Counted from the stretch's first letter, positions 9,875-21,670 are shown. The stretch: 32,000 nt of DNA from Vibrio alginolyticus NBRC 15630 = ATCC 17749 (GCF_000354175.2 NC_022349.1:2070001-2102000); one strand, 5' to 3'. The notes: generated by a model not told the origin, from the sequence alone. A program made the numbers and translations.

Positions 9875-10846
9875 TTATGCAATTGGAAATGGAAAGGCCG
9901 TCACTTGATCAATGTGGTCACAGCCTAGCGCCAGCATGATCAAACGATCGATACCCAACGCGACCCCTGCACAATCTGGCAACCCTGCTTCCAGTGCAGA
10001 AATCAGATGATAATCGATCGGCTGCGGTTTTAAACCCATTTCGATACGCTTTGCGTTATCTTGTTCAAAGCGCGCTAATTGCTCTTTCGGATTGTCCAGT
10101 TCATGGAATCCGTTCGCCAGCTCTATCCCCTTAAAGTACACTTCAAAACGATCCGCGACGCGATGATCTTGAGGATTGATTTTTGCGAGCGCCGCCTGTG
10201 ACGCAGGGAAGTCGTACACAAAAGCCGGCACATCCTGACCAATTTTGTTTTCTACTCCCACGCTAAATAACAGTTGCAGCAACGTATCGCGATCTTCTTC
10301 TGGCTCAGCAATGTCACTCAAGCCCAGCTTGCTTGCCGCCGCTTTCAGCTCCGTCATCGAGCCTTCTAATGGACACACACCCAACACATCAATGAAGGCT
10401 TGTTGATACGTCATGCGCTGCGCTGCGCCACACTTCAATACCAGTTGCAACAGGGCATCCATTTCATCCATCAATTTATGATGGTCAAAGCCAACGCGAT
10501 ACCACTCCAACATCGTAAACTCAGGATTGTGGTAGCGACCATTCTCTTCATTACGAAATGCTTTGTTGATTTGATAAATACAACCGCTACCCGCAGCCAA
10601 AAGGCGCTTCATATGGAATTCTGGGCTGGTCATAAAAAACAGCTTACTGCCATCGGCATAGCCTGGGCCAACAAACTCGGTTTGGAAAGTATGCAAATGA
10701 ATGTCAGTCACGGTTGCGTGACTCATGGCTGGCGTATCGACTTCCATCACCTGTCGGTCAGCGAAGAATTGTCGAATCGACGCGATTAACGTCGCACGTT
10801 GACGAAGTTGGTCAATGGAAGCAGTAGGTTGCCAGTTGGTTTGCAT
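9875..10846 (-). CDS. epmA: EF-P beta-lysine ligase (PoxA/GenX, LysRS paralogue)
   Basis: The 323-aa product has class-II aaRS core motifs ([26 protein letters not shown]) and is the length of E. coli EpmA. It is divergent from frdA, as in E. coli. Confidence 0.92.
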   Translation of the reverse strand: MQTNWQPTASIDQLRQRATLIASIRQFFADRQVMEVDTPAMSHATVTDIHLHTFQTEFVGPGYADGSKLFFMTSPEFHMKRLLAAGSGCIYQINKAFRNEENGRYHNPEFTMLEWYRVGFDHHKLMDEMDALLQLVLKCGAAQRMTYQQAFIDVLGVCPLEGSMTELKAAASKLGLSDIAEPEEDRDTLLQLLFSVGVENKIGQDVPAFVYDFPASQAALAKINPQDHRVADRFEVYFKGIELANGFHELDNPKEQLARFEQDNAKRIEMGLKPQPIDYHLISALEAGLPDCAGVALGIDRLIMLALGCDHIDQVTAFPFPIA

Positions 10847-11281
10847 AACAAGTCTCTCAAACTTTAATTCAGCGAGGAAAGTCTCATTCTACATGCTTTT
10901 TACTCTTCAAGAAGAGAGGAATATCCCTTCTTCTTTTTACTAATGTGCTCGCCAATTTGAGGCAAGCATTACTCGTGCCGCAGAACAAAAAACACTCAGT
11001 TAAAATCCTATTATCCATGCGGTTAATGTCACGCAACACGGGTTTAACATCCCTAATATTAATGCTTGAGGACCAAAACCTCGATGCCGTGATAGCAGTC
11101 ACATAACCTATAAATTCTATGCCCTTAAGTGCATTACCGAAGCAAAAACCCAATTACATCAATTTTTCTGCCATGTGGCTCATCTACACTAACCCTACTA
11201 CTTTTGGGGAGTTCTTTTTAAGGAGCGCCTCGTAATGACAATAACAAGCGGATTTCCGCAATCACACACTGGAGGATAACT

Positions 11282-13081
11282 GTGCAAATTATCACCACAG
11301 ATATCGCAGTCATCGGCGCAGGCGGCGCTGGTCTTCGTACTGCTATTGCAGCGGCTGAAGCAAACCCAGACTTAGAAGTCGCTCTGATTTCTAAAGTTTA
11401 TCCAATGCGCTCCCACACGGTCGCTGCAGAGGGTGGCTCAGCAGCAGTTATCAAGGATGAAGATAGCTTAGACAACCACTTCAACGACACTGTTGGCGGT
11501 GGTGACTGGCTATGTGAACAGGATGTTGTTGAATACTTTGTAGAGAACGCGACTCGCGAAATGATCCAAATGGAGCAATGGGGTTGCCCATGGAGTCGTA
11601 AAGAGAACGGTGAAGTCAACGTACGCCGCTTTGGTGGTATGAAGGTTGAACGTACTTGGTTCGCTGCAGACAAAACTGGCTTCCACATGCTTCATACGCT
11701 ATTCCAGACATCAATGAAGTACAGCAACATCAAACGTTTTGATGAGTACTTTGTGGTGGATCTGCTTGTTGATGAAGGCGAAGTTCAAGGTCTGATTGCT
11801 ATTCACATGTCTGAAGGCGAGCTTGTTACTATCAAAGCAAAATCTGTTGTTCTAGCAACAGGTGGCGCGGGCCGTGTTTACCACTGTAACACCAACGGCG
11901 GTATCGTAACGGGCGATGGTATGGCAATGGCTTACCGTCACGGCGTTCCTCTACGTGATATGGAATTCGTTCAATACCACCCAACAGGTCTTCCTGGTAC
12001 AGGTATCCTGATGACGGAAGGTTGTCGTGGTGAAGGCGGTATCATCGTTAACAAGAATGGCTACCGTTACCTACAAGACTACGGCATGGGCCCAGAAACT
12101 CCAGTTGGCCAACCGAAGAACAAATACATGGAACTGGGTCCTCGTGACAAAGTTTCTCAAGCTTTCTGGCACGAACAACAGAAAGGCAACACCATCAAAC
12201 ACCCACTGGGTGACGTGGTGCACCTAGACCTTCGCCACCTTGGTGAAGAGTACCTACAAGAACGTCTGCCGTTCATCTGTGAGCTAGCAAAAGCTTATGT
12301 AAACGTGGACCCTGCAAAAGAGCCAATTCCAATTCGTCCAACCGTTCACTACACCATGGGTGGTATTGAAACGGACGGCAGTTGTGAAACTCGCATTAAA
12401 GGCCTATTCGCGGTGGGTGAATGTGCGTCTGTTGGTCTTCACGGTGCAAACCGTCTAGGTTCTAACTCACTGGCTGAGTTCGTGGTATTTGGCCGCGTAG
12501 CAGGTGAAAACGCCGTGAAACGTGCGGCAGAATTCAAAGGCTGGAACGACGCGGCAATTGACGCGCAAGTAAAAGCGGTTGAAGAACGCATCGCTAACCT
12601 AATGAACCAAGAAGGCGACGAAAACTGGGCAGAAATCCGCACGGAAATGGGTCACACCATGGAAGCGGGTTGTGGTATCTACCGCCAAGAAGATTTGATG
12701 CAAGCGACTATCGACAAGATCACTGAGTTGAAAGAACGCTACAAACGCATCAGCATCAAAGACAAAGGTAAAGTGTTCAACACTGACCTTCTGTACGCCA
12801 TTGAAGTAGGCTACGGCCTAGAAGTCGCAGAAGCGATGGTTCACTCTGCGATTCTACGTAAAGAATCTCGCGGTGCGCACCAACGTCTAGACGACGGTTG
12901 TACAGAACGTGATGACGTGAACTTCCTAAAACACTCACTTGCTTTCTACAAGCCAGAGTCAGCACCAAGTATCGATTACAGCAATGTGACCATCACTAAG
13001 TCACAACCAAAAGCTCGTCTATACGGTGAAGCAGCAGAAAAAGCCGCGGCTGAAGAGAAGAACGCAGAGGAGCAAGCATAA
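11282..13081 (+). CDS. frdA: Fumarate reductase flavoprotein subunit
   Basis: The 599-aa product is near-collinear with E. coli FrdA, including the covalent-FAD motif [13 protein letters not shown] start with GGAGG RBS. Confidence 0.97.
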   Translation: MQIITTDIAVIGAGGAGLRTAIAAAEANPDLEVALISKVYPMRSHTVAAEGGSAAVIKDEDSLDNHFNDTVGGGDWLCEQDVVEYFVENATREMIQMEQWGCPWSRKENGEVNVRRFGGMKVERTWFAADKTGFHMLHTLFQTSMKYSNIKRFDEYFVVDLLVDEGEVQGLIAIHMSEGELVTIKAKSVVLATGGAGRVYHCNTNGGIVTGDGMAMAYRHGVPLRDMEFVQYHPTGLPGTGILMTEGCRGEGGIIVNKNGYRYLQDYGMGPETPVGQPKNKYMELGPRDKVSQAFWHEQQKGNTIKHPLGDVVHLDLRHLGEEYLQERLPFICELAKAYVNVDPAKEPIPIRPTVHYTMGGIETDGSCETRIKGLFAVGECASVGLHGANRLGSNSLAEFVVFGRVAGENAVKRAAEFKGWNDAAIDAQVKAVEERIANLMNQEGDENWAEIRTEMGHTMEAGCGIYRQEDLMQATIDKITELKERYKRISIKDKGKVFNTDLLYAIEVGYGLEVAEAMVHSAILRKESRGAHQRLDDGCTERDDVNFLKHSLAFYKPESAPSIDYSNVTITKSQPKARLYGEAAEKAAAEEKNAEEQA

Positions 13082-13839
13082 TGTCAGCAAATCGCATTCA
13101 AAAAGTAGACATCCTGCGTTACGACCCAGAAAAAGATGCAGAACCATACAAGCAAACATTCGAAGTACCATTCGATGAAACCATGTCTGTACTTGACGCA
13201 CTTGGCTACATCAAAGACCACCTAGACAAAGATCTGTCTTACCGTTGGTCTTGCCGTATGGCGATCTGTGGTTCTTGCGGCATCATGGTGAACAACGTAC
13301 CGAAACTTGCTTGTAAGAGCTTCCTACGTGACTACCCAGACGGTGTGACTATCGAGCCTCTAGCGAACTTCCCAATCGAGAAAGACTTGATTGTTGATAT
13401 GACGCCATTCATCGAGCGCCTAGAAGCAATCAAACCATACATCATTGGTAACGATCGTAAACCAGAAGACGGTACGAACTTGCAAACGCCAGAACAGATG
13501 GCGAAATACAAGCAGTTCGCTGGCTGTATCAACTGTGGTCTGTGCTATGCCGCATGTCCTCAGTTTGGTCTTAACCCAGAGTTCATCGGTCCTGCTGCAC
13601 TAACGCTAGCCCACCGCTACAACCTAGACAGCCGTGACAACGGTAAAGATGAGCGCATGAAGCTTATCAACGGTGAAAACGGTGCTTGGGGTTGTACGTT
13701 TGTTGGTTACTGTTCTGAAGTTTGTCCGAAGAACGTTGACCCAGCAGCGGCAGTAAACCAAGGCAAAGTGGAGTCTTCTATGGACTTCGTGATTGCTATG
13801 TTGAAACCTGATGGTTCACCAAAGAAAGTGGAGGCATAA
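13081..13839 (+). CDS. frdB: Fumarate reductase iron-sulfur subunit
   Basis: The product has three Cys clusters ([34 protein letters not shown]). Its start overlaps the frdA stop (TAATG). Confidence 0.97.
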   Translation: MSANRIQKVDILRYDPEKDAEPYKQTFEVPFDETMSVLDALGYIKDHLDKDLSYRWSCRMAICGSCGIMVNNVPKLACKSFLRDYPDGVTIEPLANFPIEKDLIVDMTPFIERLEAIKPYIIGNDRKPEDGTNLQTPEQMAKYKQFAGCINCGLCYAACPQFGLNPEFIGPAALTLAHRYNLDSRDNGKDERMKLINGENGAWGCTFVGYCSEVCPKNVDPAAAVNQGKVESSMDFVIAMLKPDGSPKKVEA

Positions 13840-13841
13840 GG

Positions 13842-14225
13842 ATGAGCAATCGTAAACCTTACGTTCGTGAAGTAAAACGCACTTGGTGGAAGAACCATCC
13901 TTTCTACCGCTTCTACATGCTACGTGAAGCGACGGTGCTTCCATTAATCCTATTCACTCTGTTCCTAACTTTCGGTTTAGGTTGCTTGGTGAAAGGTCCT
14001 GAAGCATGGCAAGGTTGGTTAGCGTTCATGGCGAACCCAATCGTCGTCGCAATCAACATCGTTGCACTACTCGGTAGCCTATTCCACGCTCAAACTTTCT
14101 TCAGCATGATGCCACAAGTAATGCCAATTCGTTTGAAAGGCAAACCCGTGGACAAGAAGATCATCGTATTGACTCAGTGGGCCGCGGTTGCGTTCATCTC
14201 ACTGATCGTTCTCATCGTGGTGTAA
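13842..14225 (+). CDS. frdC: Fumarate reductase membrane anchor subunit C
   Basis: The 127-aa hydrophobic protein follows frdB directly. N-terminus KRKPYVREVKRTWW-like. Confidence 0.93.
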   Translation: MSNRKPYVREVKRTWWKNHPFYRFYMLREATVLPLILFTLFLTFGLGCLVKGPEAWQGWLAFMANPIVVAINIVALLGSLFHAQTFFSMMPQVMPIRLKGKPVDKKIIVLTQWAAVAFISLIVLIVV

Positions 14226-14236
14226 GGAGCTGAGCA

Positions 14237-14614
14237 ATGAAACCGAATTATAGTGTAAACACATCACCAAAACGTTCTGATGAGCCAATCTGGTGGGGTC
14301 TGTTTGGCGCAGGTGGTACTTGGTTCGCGATGATCACGCCAATCACTGTTCTTGTGCTAGGTATCTTGGTCCCACTAGGCGTGATTGATGCAGAAGCGAT
14401 GAGCTACGAGCGTGTCTCTGCATTCGCAACCAGCATCATCGGTGCGCTATTCATCATTGGCACGCTAGCATTGCCAATGTGGCATGCAATGCACCGTGTA
14501 CACCACGGCATGCACGACCTTAAGTTCCACACTGGTGTGATTGGTAAAATTGCATGCTATGCATTTGCAGGCCTCATCACTGCACTAGCAGTTATCTTTA
14601 TCTTCATGATTTAA
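14237..14614 (+). CDS. frdD: Fumarate reductase membrane anchor subunit D
   Basis: The 125-aa hydrophobic protein is fourth in the operon and has a [15 protein letters not shown] motif. AAGGAG RBS. Confidence 0.93.
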   Translation: MKPNYSVNTSPKRSDEPIWWGLFGAGGTWFAMITPITVLVLGILVPLGVIDAEAMSYERVSAFATSIIGALFIIGTLALPMWHAMHRVHHGMHDLKFHTGVIGKIACYAFAGLITALAVIFIFMI

Positions 14615-14631
14615 GAGACTGACCAAAAAAG

Positions 14632-14659
14632 AAAAAGCTGGCTAAATGCCAGCTTTTTT
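14632..14659. terminator. Bidirectional terminator after frdD and the convergent SPFH gene
   Basis: AAAAAGCTGGC-TAAAT-GCCAGCTTTTTT. Confidence 0.85.
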
Positions 14660-14716
14660 ATTGCTTTGGGTTACCTATGATCTTTTTGCTTTTTAAGCTT
14701 TTGACCACCCATGATC

Positions 14717-16120
14717 TTATTGCTGTGCGACCTTCTTTGTCTGGTCCATAAGACCCAGAGCACCAAAGCCAGTAATCACATCTAGGTTTGTTTTCAAGCC
14801 CGTTTCGTCACTTCCACCAATGTAATTTTGTGGCATCTGAACTTGGAAGTTTTGCAAATTGTTGTACAGCGAGTTCGCTACGTCTCGATTCAATTCTGCC
14901 AAGTAAACTTCACGGTTTGCTCCTAACGCCGCATACTTACCTTTAAGGACTTCAGATTCTGCGCGACCTTTCGCTAATATCGCTTTCGCTTCAAACTCAG
15001 CAGAAAGTGCGTTCGCTTTTTGAATCGCTAAGTTAGCCTCTGCGATAGCTAGCTCTTTCTCCTTCTCGACTTCAGCAAGTCGTTTGGTTTTTTCCACTTC
15101 AACGATTTCACGCTCTGCAATCTGACGTGCAACTTCCACTTCTTTTTGCTGAGCAATAATTGCGAGTTCTTTACCACGCTGAGCGTCTTGCACCTCACGT
15201 GTTCGTTGAATCTCTTTGCGTAACTGCTCGGTCTCTGCCTGTGCTTTCGACGTTTCTTGTTCCTGAATCGCGCGAATACGATCCGCCACTAAACGCTTTT
15301 TATCTGCCAATAGCTGATCTAATTGCTTTTCTGGCTGCGGGTCACCAATGGTCACCTGCGTCACTTGAATACCGTATTGTTGTAACGGATTGTCTTGACG
15401 AATCGGTTGCCCGGTTTTGTCTACGACAGGTACGGTTTTCCAAACCAGTTGATTGGTGCGCTGTAATTGGTTCGGATTAGCTTGATTCGCCCCAACAGGC
15501 GCAAGATCCAACTCTTCCACTTCAACCTGACGTCGCTCTGTTAGATAAATCCCCTCTCGTAACTGATCGCCAAGTTTCGATTTGAACTGGTTCAAACCAC
15601 CTTGGAAAAACTCTTCACCCGTGTATTGGGTTGCGGTAATCACCGTTACGTTACGTGCGTTCTTTACAAGCAGCGCATCGATCAAGTTACTGTTGTTGCG
15701 GAACTCTTTATGCATCTTCTTCACCGCTTCAGGGTCATTACTGAGCTTAAAGCGGAATGTTACGGGGATCTGACCAATATAGGTGTCGGCAAATCGAACC
15801 TGAATCGCATCAAGACGTTGATAAAAATCTTCGCCCTTGCTGTTACCGAATGACACGGTGATCACTTGGTCATACTTGGTGATTTTGGACAGAAATGGCA
15901 TACGAAAATGAATGCCAGGTTCAGTAAACACATCCAACTCACCAGTAATATTATTCTGATGCACGTAGCTGTAACCCGCATCGGTCATCAGCACCGAGCT
16001 ATTAATCGTTAAGCCTATTGCCAACAGCGGTACGCCAAATACGGCTGCTTTTAATCCTTTATGTAGTAACTGACGTCTTTCTTCCACCTTTAAACCCCTT
16101 CCTAAACCTCTGCTTTCCAT
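14717..16120 (-). CDS. SPFH/band-7 domain membrane protein with long C-terminal coiled coil
   Basis: The 467-aa product has an N-terminal TM segment, an SPFH-like core (EPGIHFRMPFLSKITKYD...) and an E/K/A/Q-rich coiled coil of roughly 150 aa. AGGAGAA RBS. Confidence 0.75.
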   Translation of the reverse strand: MESRGLGRGLKVEERRQLLHKGLKAAVFGVPLLAIGLTINSSVLMTDAGYSYVHQNNITGELDVFTEPGIHFRMPFLSKITKYDQVITVSFGNSKGEDFYQRLDAIQVRFADTYIGQIPVTFRFKLSNDPEAVKKMHKEFRNNSNLIDALLVKNARNVTVITATQYTGEEFFQGGLNQFKSKLGDQLREGIYLTERRQVEVEELDLAPVGANQANPNQLQRTNQLVWKTVPVVDKTGQPIRQDNPLQQYGIQVTQVTIGDPQPEKQLDQLLADKKRLVADRIRAIQEQETSKAQAETEQLRKEIQRTREVQDAQRGKELAIIAQQKEVEVARQIAEREIVEVEKTKRLAEVEKEKELAIAEANLAIQKANALSAEFEAKAILAKGRAESEVLKGKYAALGANREVYLAELNRDVANSLYNNLQNFQVQMPQNYIGGSDETGLKTNLDVITGFGALGLMDQTKKVAQQ

Positions 16121-16342
16121 TTTGTTCTCCTTTTTTGGATTGTTACTGAGTTAAATCGATAAAAATCAGATTGCTATGCAACTCAGCAACAAGTACTAAT
16201 GTATCAAAATGTTACATTAAGGAATAATCGACAGATTCATGGAATAAATAAGATTTTTACGAATAATACAAAATCATCAAAAATTTGCGGAGGATATCGA
16301 TGTTTTACGCAGAGGGATTAAAAGAGAAGAATCACAGGCAAT

Positions 16343-16365
16343 AAAAAAGGCCGCCGAAGCGACCT
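16343..16365 (-). terminator. efp rho-independent terminator
   Basis: The minus strand reads AGGTCGC-TTCG-GCGGCCT (one G-U pair) followed by TTTTTT, 23 nt after the efp stop. Confidence 0.8.
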
Positions 16366-16387
16366 TTCTAACAATCATATAAAGTGC

Positions 16388-16954
16388 TTACTTCACACGA
16401 CCTACGTATTCAGCAGTACGAGTATCTACGCGAATCACTTCACCAATTGAGATGAACAGAGGAACACGAACAACAGCGCCAGTTGATAGCGTCGCTGGTT
16501 TACCGCCAGTACCTTGAGTATCACCTTTCAGGCCTGGGTCTGTGTCTACAACTTCTAGCTCAACGAAGTTTGGTGGAGTAACAGTAATTGGGTTACCGTT
16601 CCAAAGAGTGATCATACAAGTGTTGTTTTCTACCAACCACTTAGCGTTTTCACCTACCGCTTTTGCATCCGCTGCGATCTGTTCAAACGTTTCACTGTTC
16701 ATAAAGTGGTAGAATTCGCCGTCTGAATATAGATAATCTAGGTCGATATCCATTACGTCTGCCACTTCACAAGTGTCACCAGACTTGAATGTTTTCTCTA
16801 GCACTTTACCAGAAAGAAGTTTACGAATTTTAACACGGTTGAACGCTTGGCCTTTACCTGGTTTAACGTATTCGTTTTCCAGAATTACACAAGGCTCGTT
16901 ATCAAGCATTAACTTAAGACCGCCTTTAAATTCATTGGTGCTAACTGTAGCCAT
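16388..16954 (-). CDS. efp: Translation elongation factor P
   Basis: The 188-aa product is collinear with E. coli EF-P and includes the modified-lysine loop [21 protein letters not shown]. Confidence 0.97.
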   Translation of the reverse strand: MATVSTNEFKGGLKLMLDNEPCVILENEYVKPGKGQAFNRVKIRKLLSGKVLEKTFKSGDTCEVADVMDIDLDYLYSDGEFYHFMNSETFEQIAADAKAVGENAKWLVENNTCMITLWNGNPITVTPPNFVELEVVDTDPGLKGDTQGTGGKPATLSTGAVVRVPLFISIGEVIRVDTRTAEYVGRVK

Positions 16955-16986
16955 TTTTTCCTCTTACATTCTTAGAGCTAAATTCA

Positions 16987-18009
16987 ATGCCGCACATAAT
17001 AACCCGAAAAGTCGAATCTGTTGAGCAAAACTGGCTCAAACAGTTGGCGAATGGGATCTCTGATCCTGCAAAATTGCTCGAAATACTGGAAATTGATCCT
17101 TCACCGTGGCAAGACGGGTTTGCCGCGCGCAAGCTGTTTGCACAGCGTGTACCGCAAAGTTTTGTCGATAGGATGGAGAAAGGCAACCCTAAAGACCCTC
17201 TTTTACGTCAGGTTTTACCACTGAGCGACGAATTTGAGGTGCATCCGGGTTACTCCAATGATCCATTGGAAGAGCAGGACAATGAAGTCCCTGGCCTGCT
17301 ACACAAGTATCGCAACCGCGCCCTGATGATTGTCAAAGGTGGCTGCGCGGTAAATTGCCGTTACTGTTTTCGTCGTCACTTCCCTTATCAAGAGAACAAA
17401 AGCGGGAAACAAGCCTGGACCAAGTGCTTAGAGTACATGGCACAACAACCAGAGTTGAACGAAGTCATCTTCTCAGGTGGTGATCCATTAATGGCAAAAG
17501 ACGATGAGATTCATTGGCTTTTAGAGCACATTGCTCACATTCCTCACATCAAACGTCTGCGTATTCATAGCCGTTTACCTGTGGTGATTCCAGCTCGAGT
17601 CACTGATGAACTATGCCAACTTCTGCAAGCATCAAGGTTACAAATCATCCTCGTCACTCACATCAACCATGCCAACGAAATCAATGACGAATTTGCTGAA
17701 CAGATGTTCAAGCTCAAAAGAGCGGGCGTTACGCTTCTAAACCAAGGCGTTCTGCTGAAAGGCGTGAATGATTCGGTAGAAGCTCAAGTGGCGTTAAGTG
17801 AGGCCTTATTTGACGCGGGTATCTTGCCTTATTACCTCCACGTTCTTGATAAGGTGCAAGGCGCAGCGCACTACTTTATTTCGGACGCAGAAGCGAAAGC
17901 TATTATGCGCGGACTCATCACGCGTGTATCGGGTTATCTGGTACCAAAACTCACACGAGAAGTTGGTGGCAGGCCAAGTAAAACGCCGTTGGATTTGCAT
18001 TTAGAATAA
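16987..18009 (+). CDS. epmB: EF-P beta-lysylation protein (lysine 2,3-aminomutase-like radical SAM enzyme)
   Basis: The 340-aa product has the CAVNCRYCFRR radical-SAM motif and is collinear with E. coli EpmB/YjeK. It is divergent from efp with a 32-bp gap. Confidence 0.93.
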   Translation: MPHIITRKVESVEQNWLKQLANGISDPAKLLEILEIDPSPWQDGFAARKLFAQRVPQSFVDRMEKGNPKDPLLRQVLPLSDEFEVHPGYSNDPLEEQDNEVPGLLHKYRNRALMIVKGGCAVNCRYCFRRHFPYQENKSGKQAWTKCLEYMAQQPELNEVIFSGGDPLMAKDDEIHWLLEHIAHIPHIKRLRIHSRLPVVIPARVTDELCQLLQASRLQIILVTHINHANEINDEFAEQMFKLKRAGVTLLNQGVLLKGVNDSVEAQVALSEALFDAGILPYYLHVLDKVQGAAHYFISDAEAKAIMRGLITRVSGYLVPKLTREVGGRPSKTPLDLHLE

Positions 18010-18103
18010 GCTCTGACACTCAATTAAATTTGTCGTCTAGATTGATTATTTTTGTTCGCTTTGCACGGTAAGTCTATGCATACTCCGCACTTTGGAGGTC
18101 AAG

Positions 18104-18601
18104 ATGCATACAGCATTCGAACAAATTTTCGATCTTGGCCCATTCAGTTGGCCTGCCCTACTATGCTGCGCCATTAATGGGCTCATGATCGGTATAGAGC
18201 GCCAAACTCGTGGTAAACCGGTTGGCATTCGCACAGCAATATTAATTATTTCAGGCACCTACCTGTTTATGTCGATGGCAGTGTCGTTATCGCCAAATAC
18301 ACTTGATCAAGCACGAGTGCTTGGTCAGATCATTACTGGCGTCGGCTTCTTAGGCGCTGGCGTTATGATGACACTTGATGGAAAAATCCATGGCGTAACA
18401 TCCGCGGCTGTAATATGGGTGCTAGCAGGTTTAGGTTTGATGATAGGTTTGGGTTATTTAACGCAGTCGGTGGTTATTACTCTCCTGACATTAACCGTGT
18501 TGTTAGGTGTGGATAAAGCAGAAAACCACATCAAAGCATTACGCCGCGGTGTTCATCAAAGAATTCAACAACGCAAAACTTCATCACGATTAATTAAATA
18601 G
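18104..18601 (+). CDS. MgtC/SapB-family membrane protein
   Basis: The product has the ERQ.RGK.VGIRT motif and 4-5 TM segments. ATG 18104 with a GGAGG RBS 6 nt upstream is preferred over the TTG at 18092. Confidence 0.75.
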   Translation: MHTAFEQIFDLGPFSWPALLCCAINGLMIGIERQTRGKPVGIRTAILIISGTYLFMSMAVSLSPNTLDQARVLGQIITGVGFLGAGVMMTLDGKIHGVTSAAVIWVLAGLGLMIGLGYLTQSVVITLLTLTVLLGVDKAENHIKALRRGVHQRIQQRKTSSRLIK

Positions 18602-18640
18602 TTAACGCTCCGAGAAACTCGCTTCATCTCATCAGTAATT

Positions 18641-18670
18641 AAAGAGCCCTCGACGAACATCGAGGGCTTT
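18641..18670. terminator. Terminator between the convergent mgtC-family and repeat-protein genes
   Basis: GCCCTCGA-CGAACA-TCGAGGGC followed by TTT. Confidence 0.7.
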
Positions 18671-18701
18671 CTGTATATAAAGATTCTGACTTTCTCAGGG
18701 A

Positions 18702-19265
18702 TTACTTAGCAAAGTTGATGAGTGGGAAACACTTGAAGAAACCGTTATCCGCACAGTTCAAAAGACCAATTTGCACGCCATCGATTTGATCGGTCATGTT
18801 GAAGAACCCAAACTGGAAATTAGACTTCTTAGAGATACTCGCTAAGCCCACATCCGCCATGGTGTAGCCTTCAGAATAGTTCACCGCGCTCCAGTTCAAG
18901 CCTTTTACGTTGTTCGTAATGTTAACAGCACCCAAGTTAACACCCGTCGTCTGACCTTGGTTCCAGTTAACTAAGCCTAAAGACGCGCCTTTCATTTCTT
19001 GATTTACTTTTGCTGCACCAAAAAACAGACCGAAGTTCACACCTGTCGTACGATCCGTTTCTGACATACCAAGCAGTGAAAAGTCGACACCTTTAACCTC
19101 ATTTACCTGTCCATGCAACACAGCTAAACGAACACCACCAACTGAAGAATTCGAAGGTGCGTTTGTGTTATCGATAGTAGAGAACATCACAGGTGTACTG
19201 TCGGCAAAAGCAACAGGTGATGCGATAGCGGCTGCAATCGCCAATGACGTCATAAGCTTTTTCAT
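18702..19265 (-). CDS. Secreted Gly/Asn/Val-rich repeat protein, function unknown
   Basis: The product has a signal peptide MKKLMTSLAIAAAIASPVAFA/DS, then roughly 14-18-aa degenerate repeats (GVNFGLF..., GASLGLVNWNQGQTT, GVNLGAVNITNNVK, GLNWSAVNY..., GVQIGLLN...). The start at 19265 was chosen on GGAG spacing. Confidence 0.7.
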   Translation of the reverse strand: MKKLMTSLAIAAAIASPVAFADSTPVMFSTIDNTNAPSNSSVGGVRLAVLHGQVNEVKGVDFSLLGMSETDRTTGVNFGLFFGAAKVNQEMKGASLGLVNWNQGQTTGVNLGAVNITNNVKGLNWSAVNYSEGYTMADVGLASISKKSNFQFGFFNMTDQIDGVQIGLLNCADNGFFKCFPLINFAK

Positions 19266-19487
19266 TTTCATCTCCATGATGGGAAGCAACAATTTACAAC
19301 ATAGTGTAATGTTCAGATTTTGCTCTGTCCCCGTTCAAAAAGTGTTAGCAATAGGTCAGATTTAACCATCTGACTCAAAAGAAAAAATATTTCTCTTCGA
19401 TTTTTTGCTTCTGAAATGGCGCTTTTTACGCTCAAAAATTTCATGATAAGCCACACCAGAACGTCATGTTTCTCAGGTGATACGCAT

Positions 19488-19513
19488 AAAAAAGTCGAGG
19501 CATCTGCCTCGAC
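19488..19513 (-). terminator. groEL rho-independent terminator
   Basis: The minus strand reads GTCGAGGC-AGAT-GCCTCGAC followed by TTTTTT, 66 nt after the groEL stop. Confidence 0.85.
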
Positions 19514-19579
19514 TTTTAAAGGTTTGGTCGGTTATCTTTCCGCTATAAGGGGTCCCTTAGAGCGATGAGATAAGCTGGC

Positions 19580-21286
<1,707 letters not shown>

Positions 21287-21303
21287 TTACTCAATGATTG
21301 CTA

Positions 21304-21594
21304 TTATTCAACGATCGCCATGATGTCGTTTTCAGACATGACAAGCACTTCTTTACCGTCGATTTTTTCAGTTTTTGTACCGTAACCTTCAGCGAAGATA
21401 ACGGTATCACCGACTTTAACGTCTAGTGGCAGTACGGTGCCGTTTTCTAGGATGCGGCCTTTACCCACAGCTAGAACAACACCGCGAGTCGATTTTTCTG
21501 CAGCAGAACCAGTCAGAACGATGCCACCAGCAGACTTAGATTCAACTTCTTTACGTTCAACGATAACTCGGTCATGTAATGGACGAATGTTCAT
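21304..21594 (-). CDS. groS: Co-chaperonin GroES (Hsp10)
   Basis: The 96-aa product begins [12 protein letters not shown] and lies directly upstream of groEL. Confidence 0.98.
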   Translation of the reverse strand: MNIRPLHDRVIVERKEVESKSAGGIVLTGSAAEKSTRGVVLAVGKGRILENGTVLPLDVKVGDTVIFAEGYGTKTEKIDGKEVLVMSENDIMAIVE

Positions 21595-21670
21595 CGGTCG
21601 TCTCTCCTGAAAATTTCCATGTTTATTTGATAATTGTCCTTAGGGACTGTAGCCCCAGACACGTGATCCC

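Noticed and set aside
10884-11153. 89-aa minus-strand ORF in the epmA-frdA intergenic region
   Set aside because: It would start at TTG without an RBS, its composition is odd and it has no recognisable domain. It lies in the AT-rich frd promoter region, so it is most likely spurious.
11143-11160. Possible FNR box upstream of frdA (..CCCAATTACATCAAT..)
   Set aside because: Only the ATCAA half-site is present; the left half (CCCAA) does not resemble TTGAT. Another candidate, TTGAGGACCAAAAC (about 11073), is also poor. FNR control of frd is expected biologically, but I cannot support a site from the sequence.
16121-16342. AT-rich SPFH-efp spacer: a 40-codon ORF (16200-16322) and several GGA motifs suggestive of a CsrB-like RNA
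   Set aside because: The ORF lacks an RBS and looks random. The GGA count (about 6 in 260 nt) is near chance expectation, and the motifs are not in repeated hairpin loops. The region is best explained as the SPFH gene promoter plus the efp terminator.
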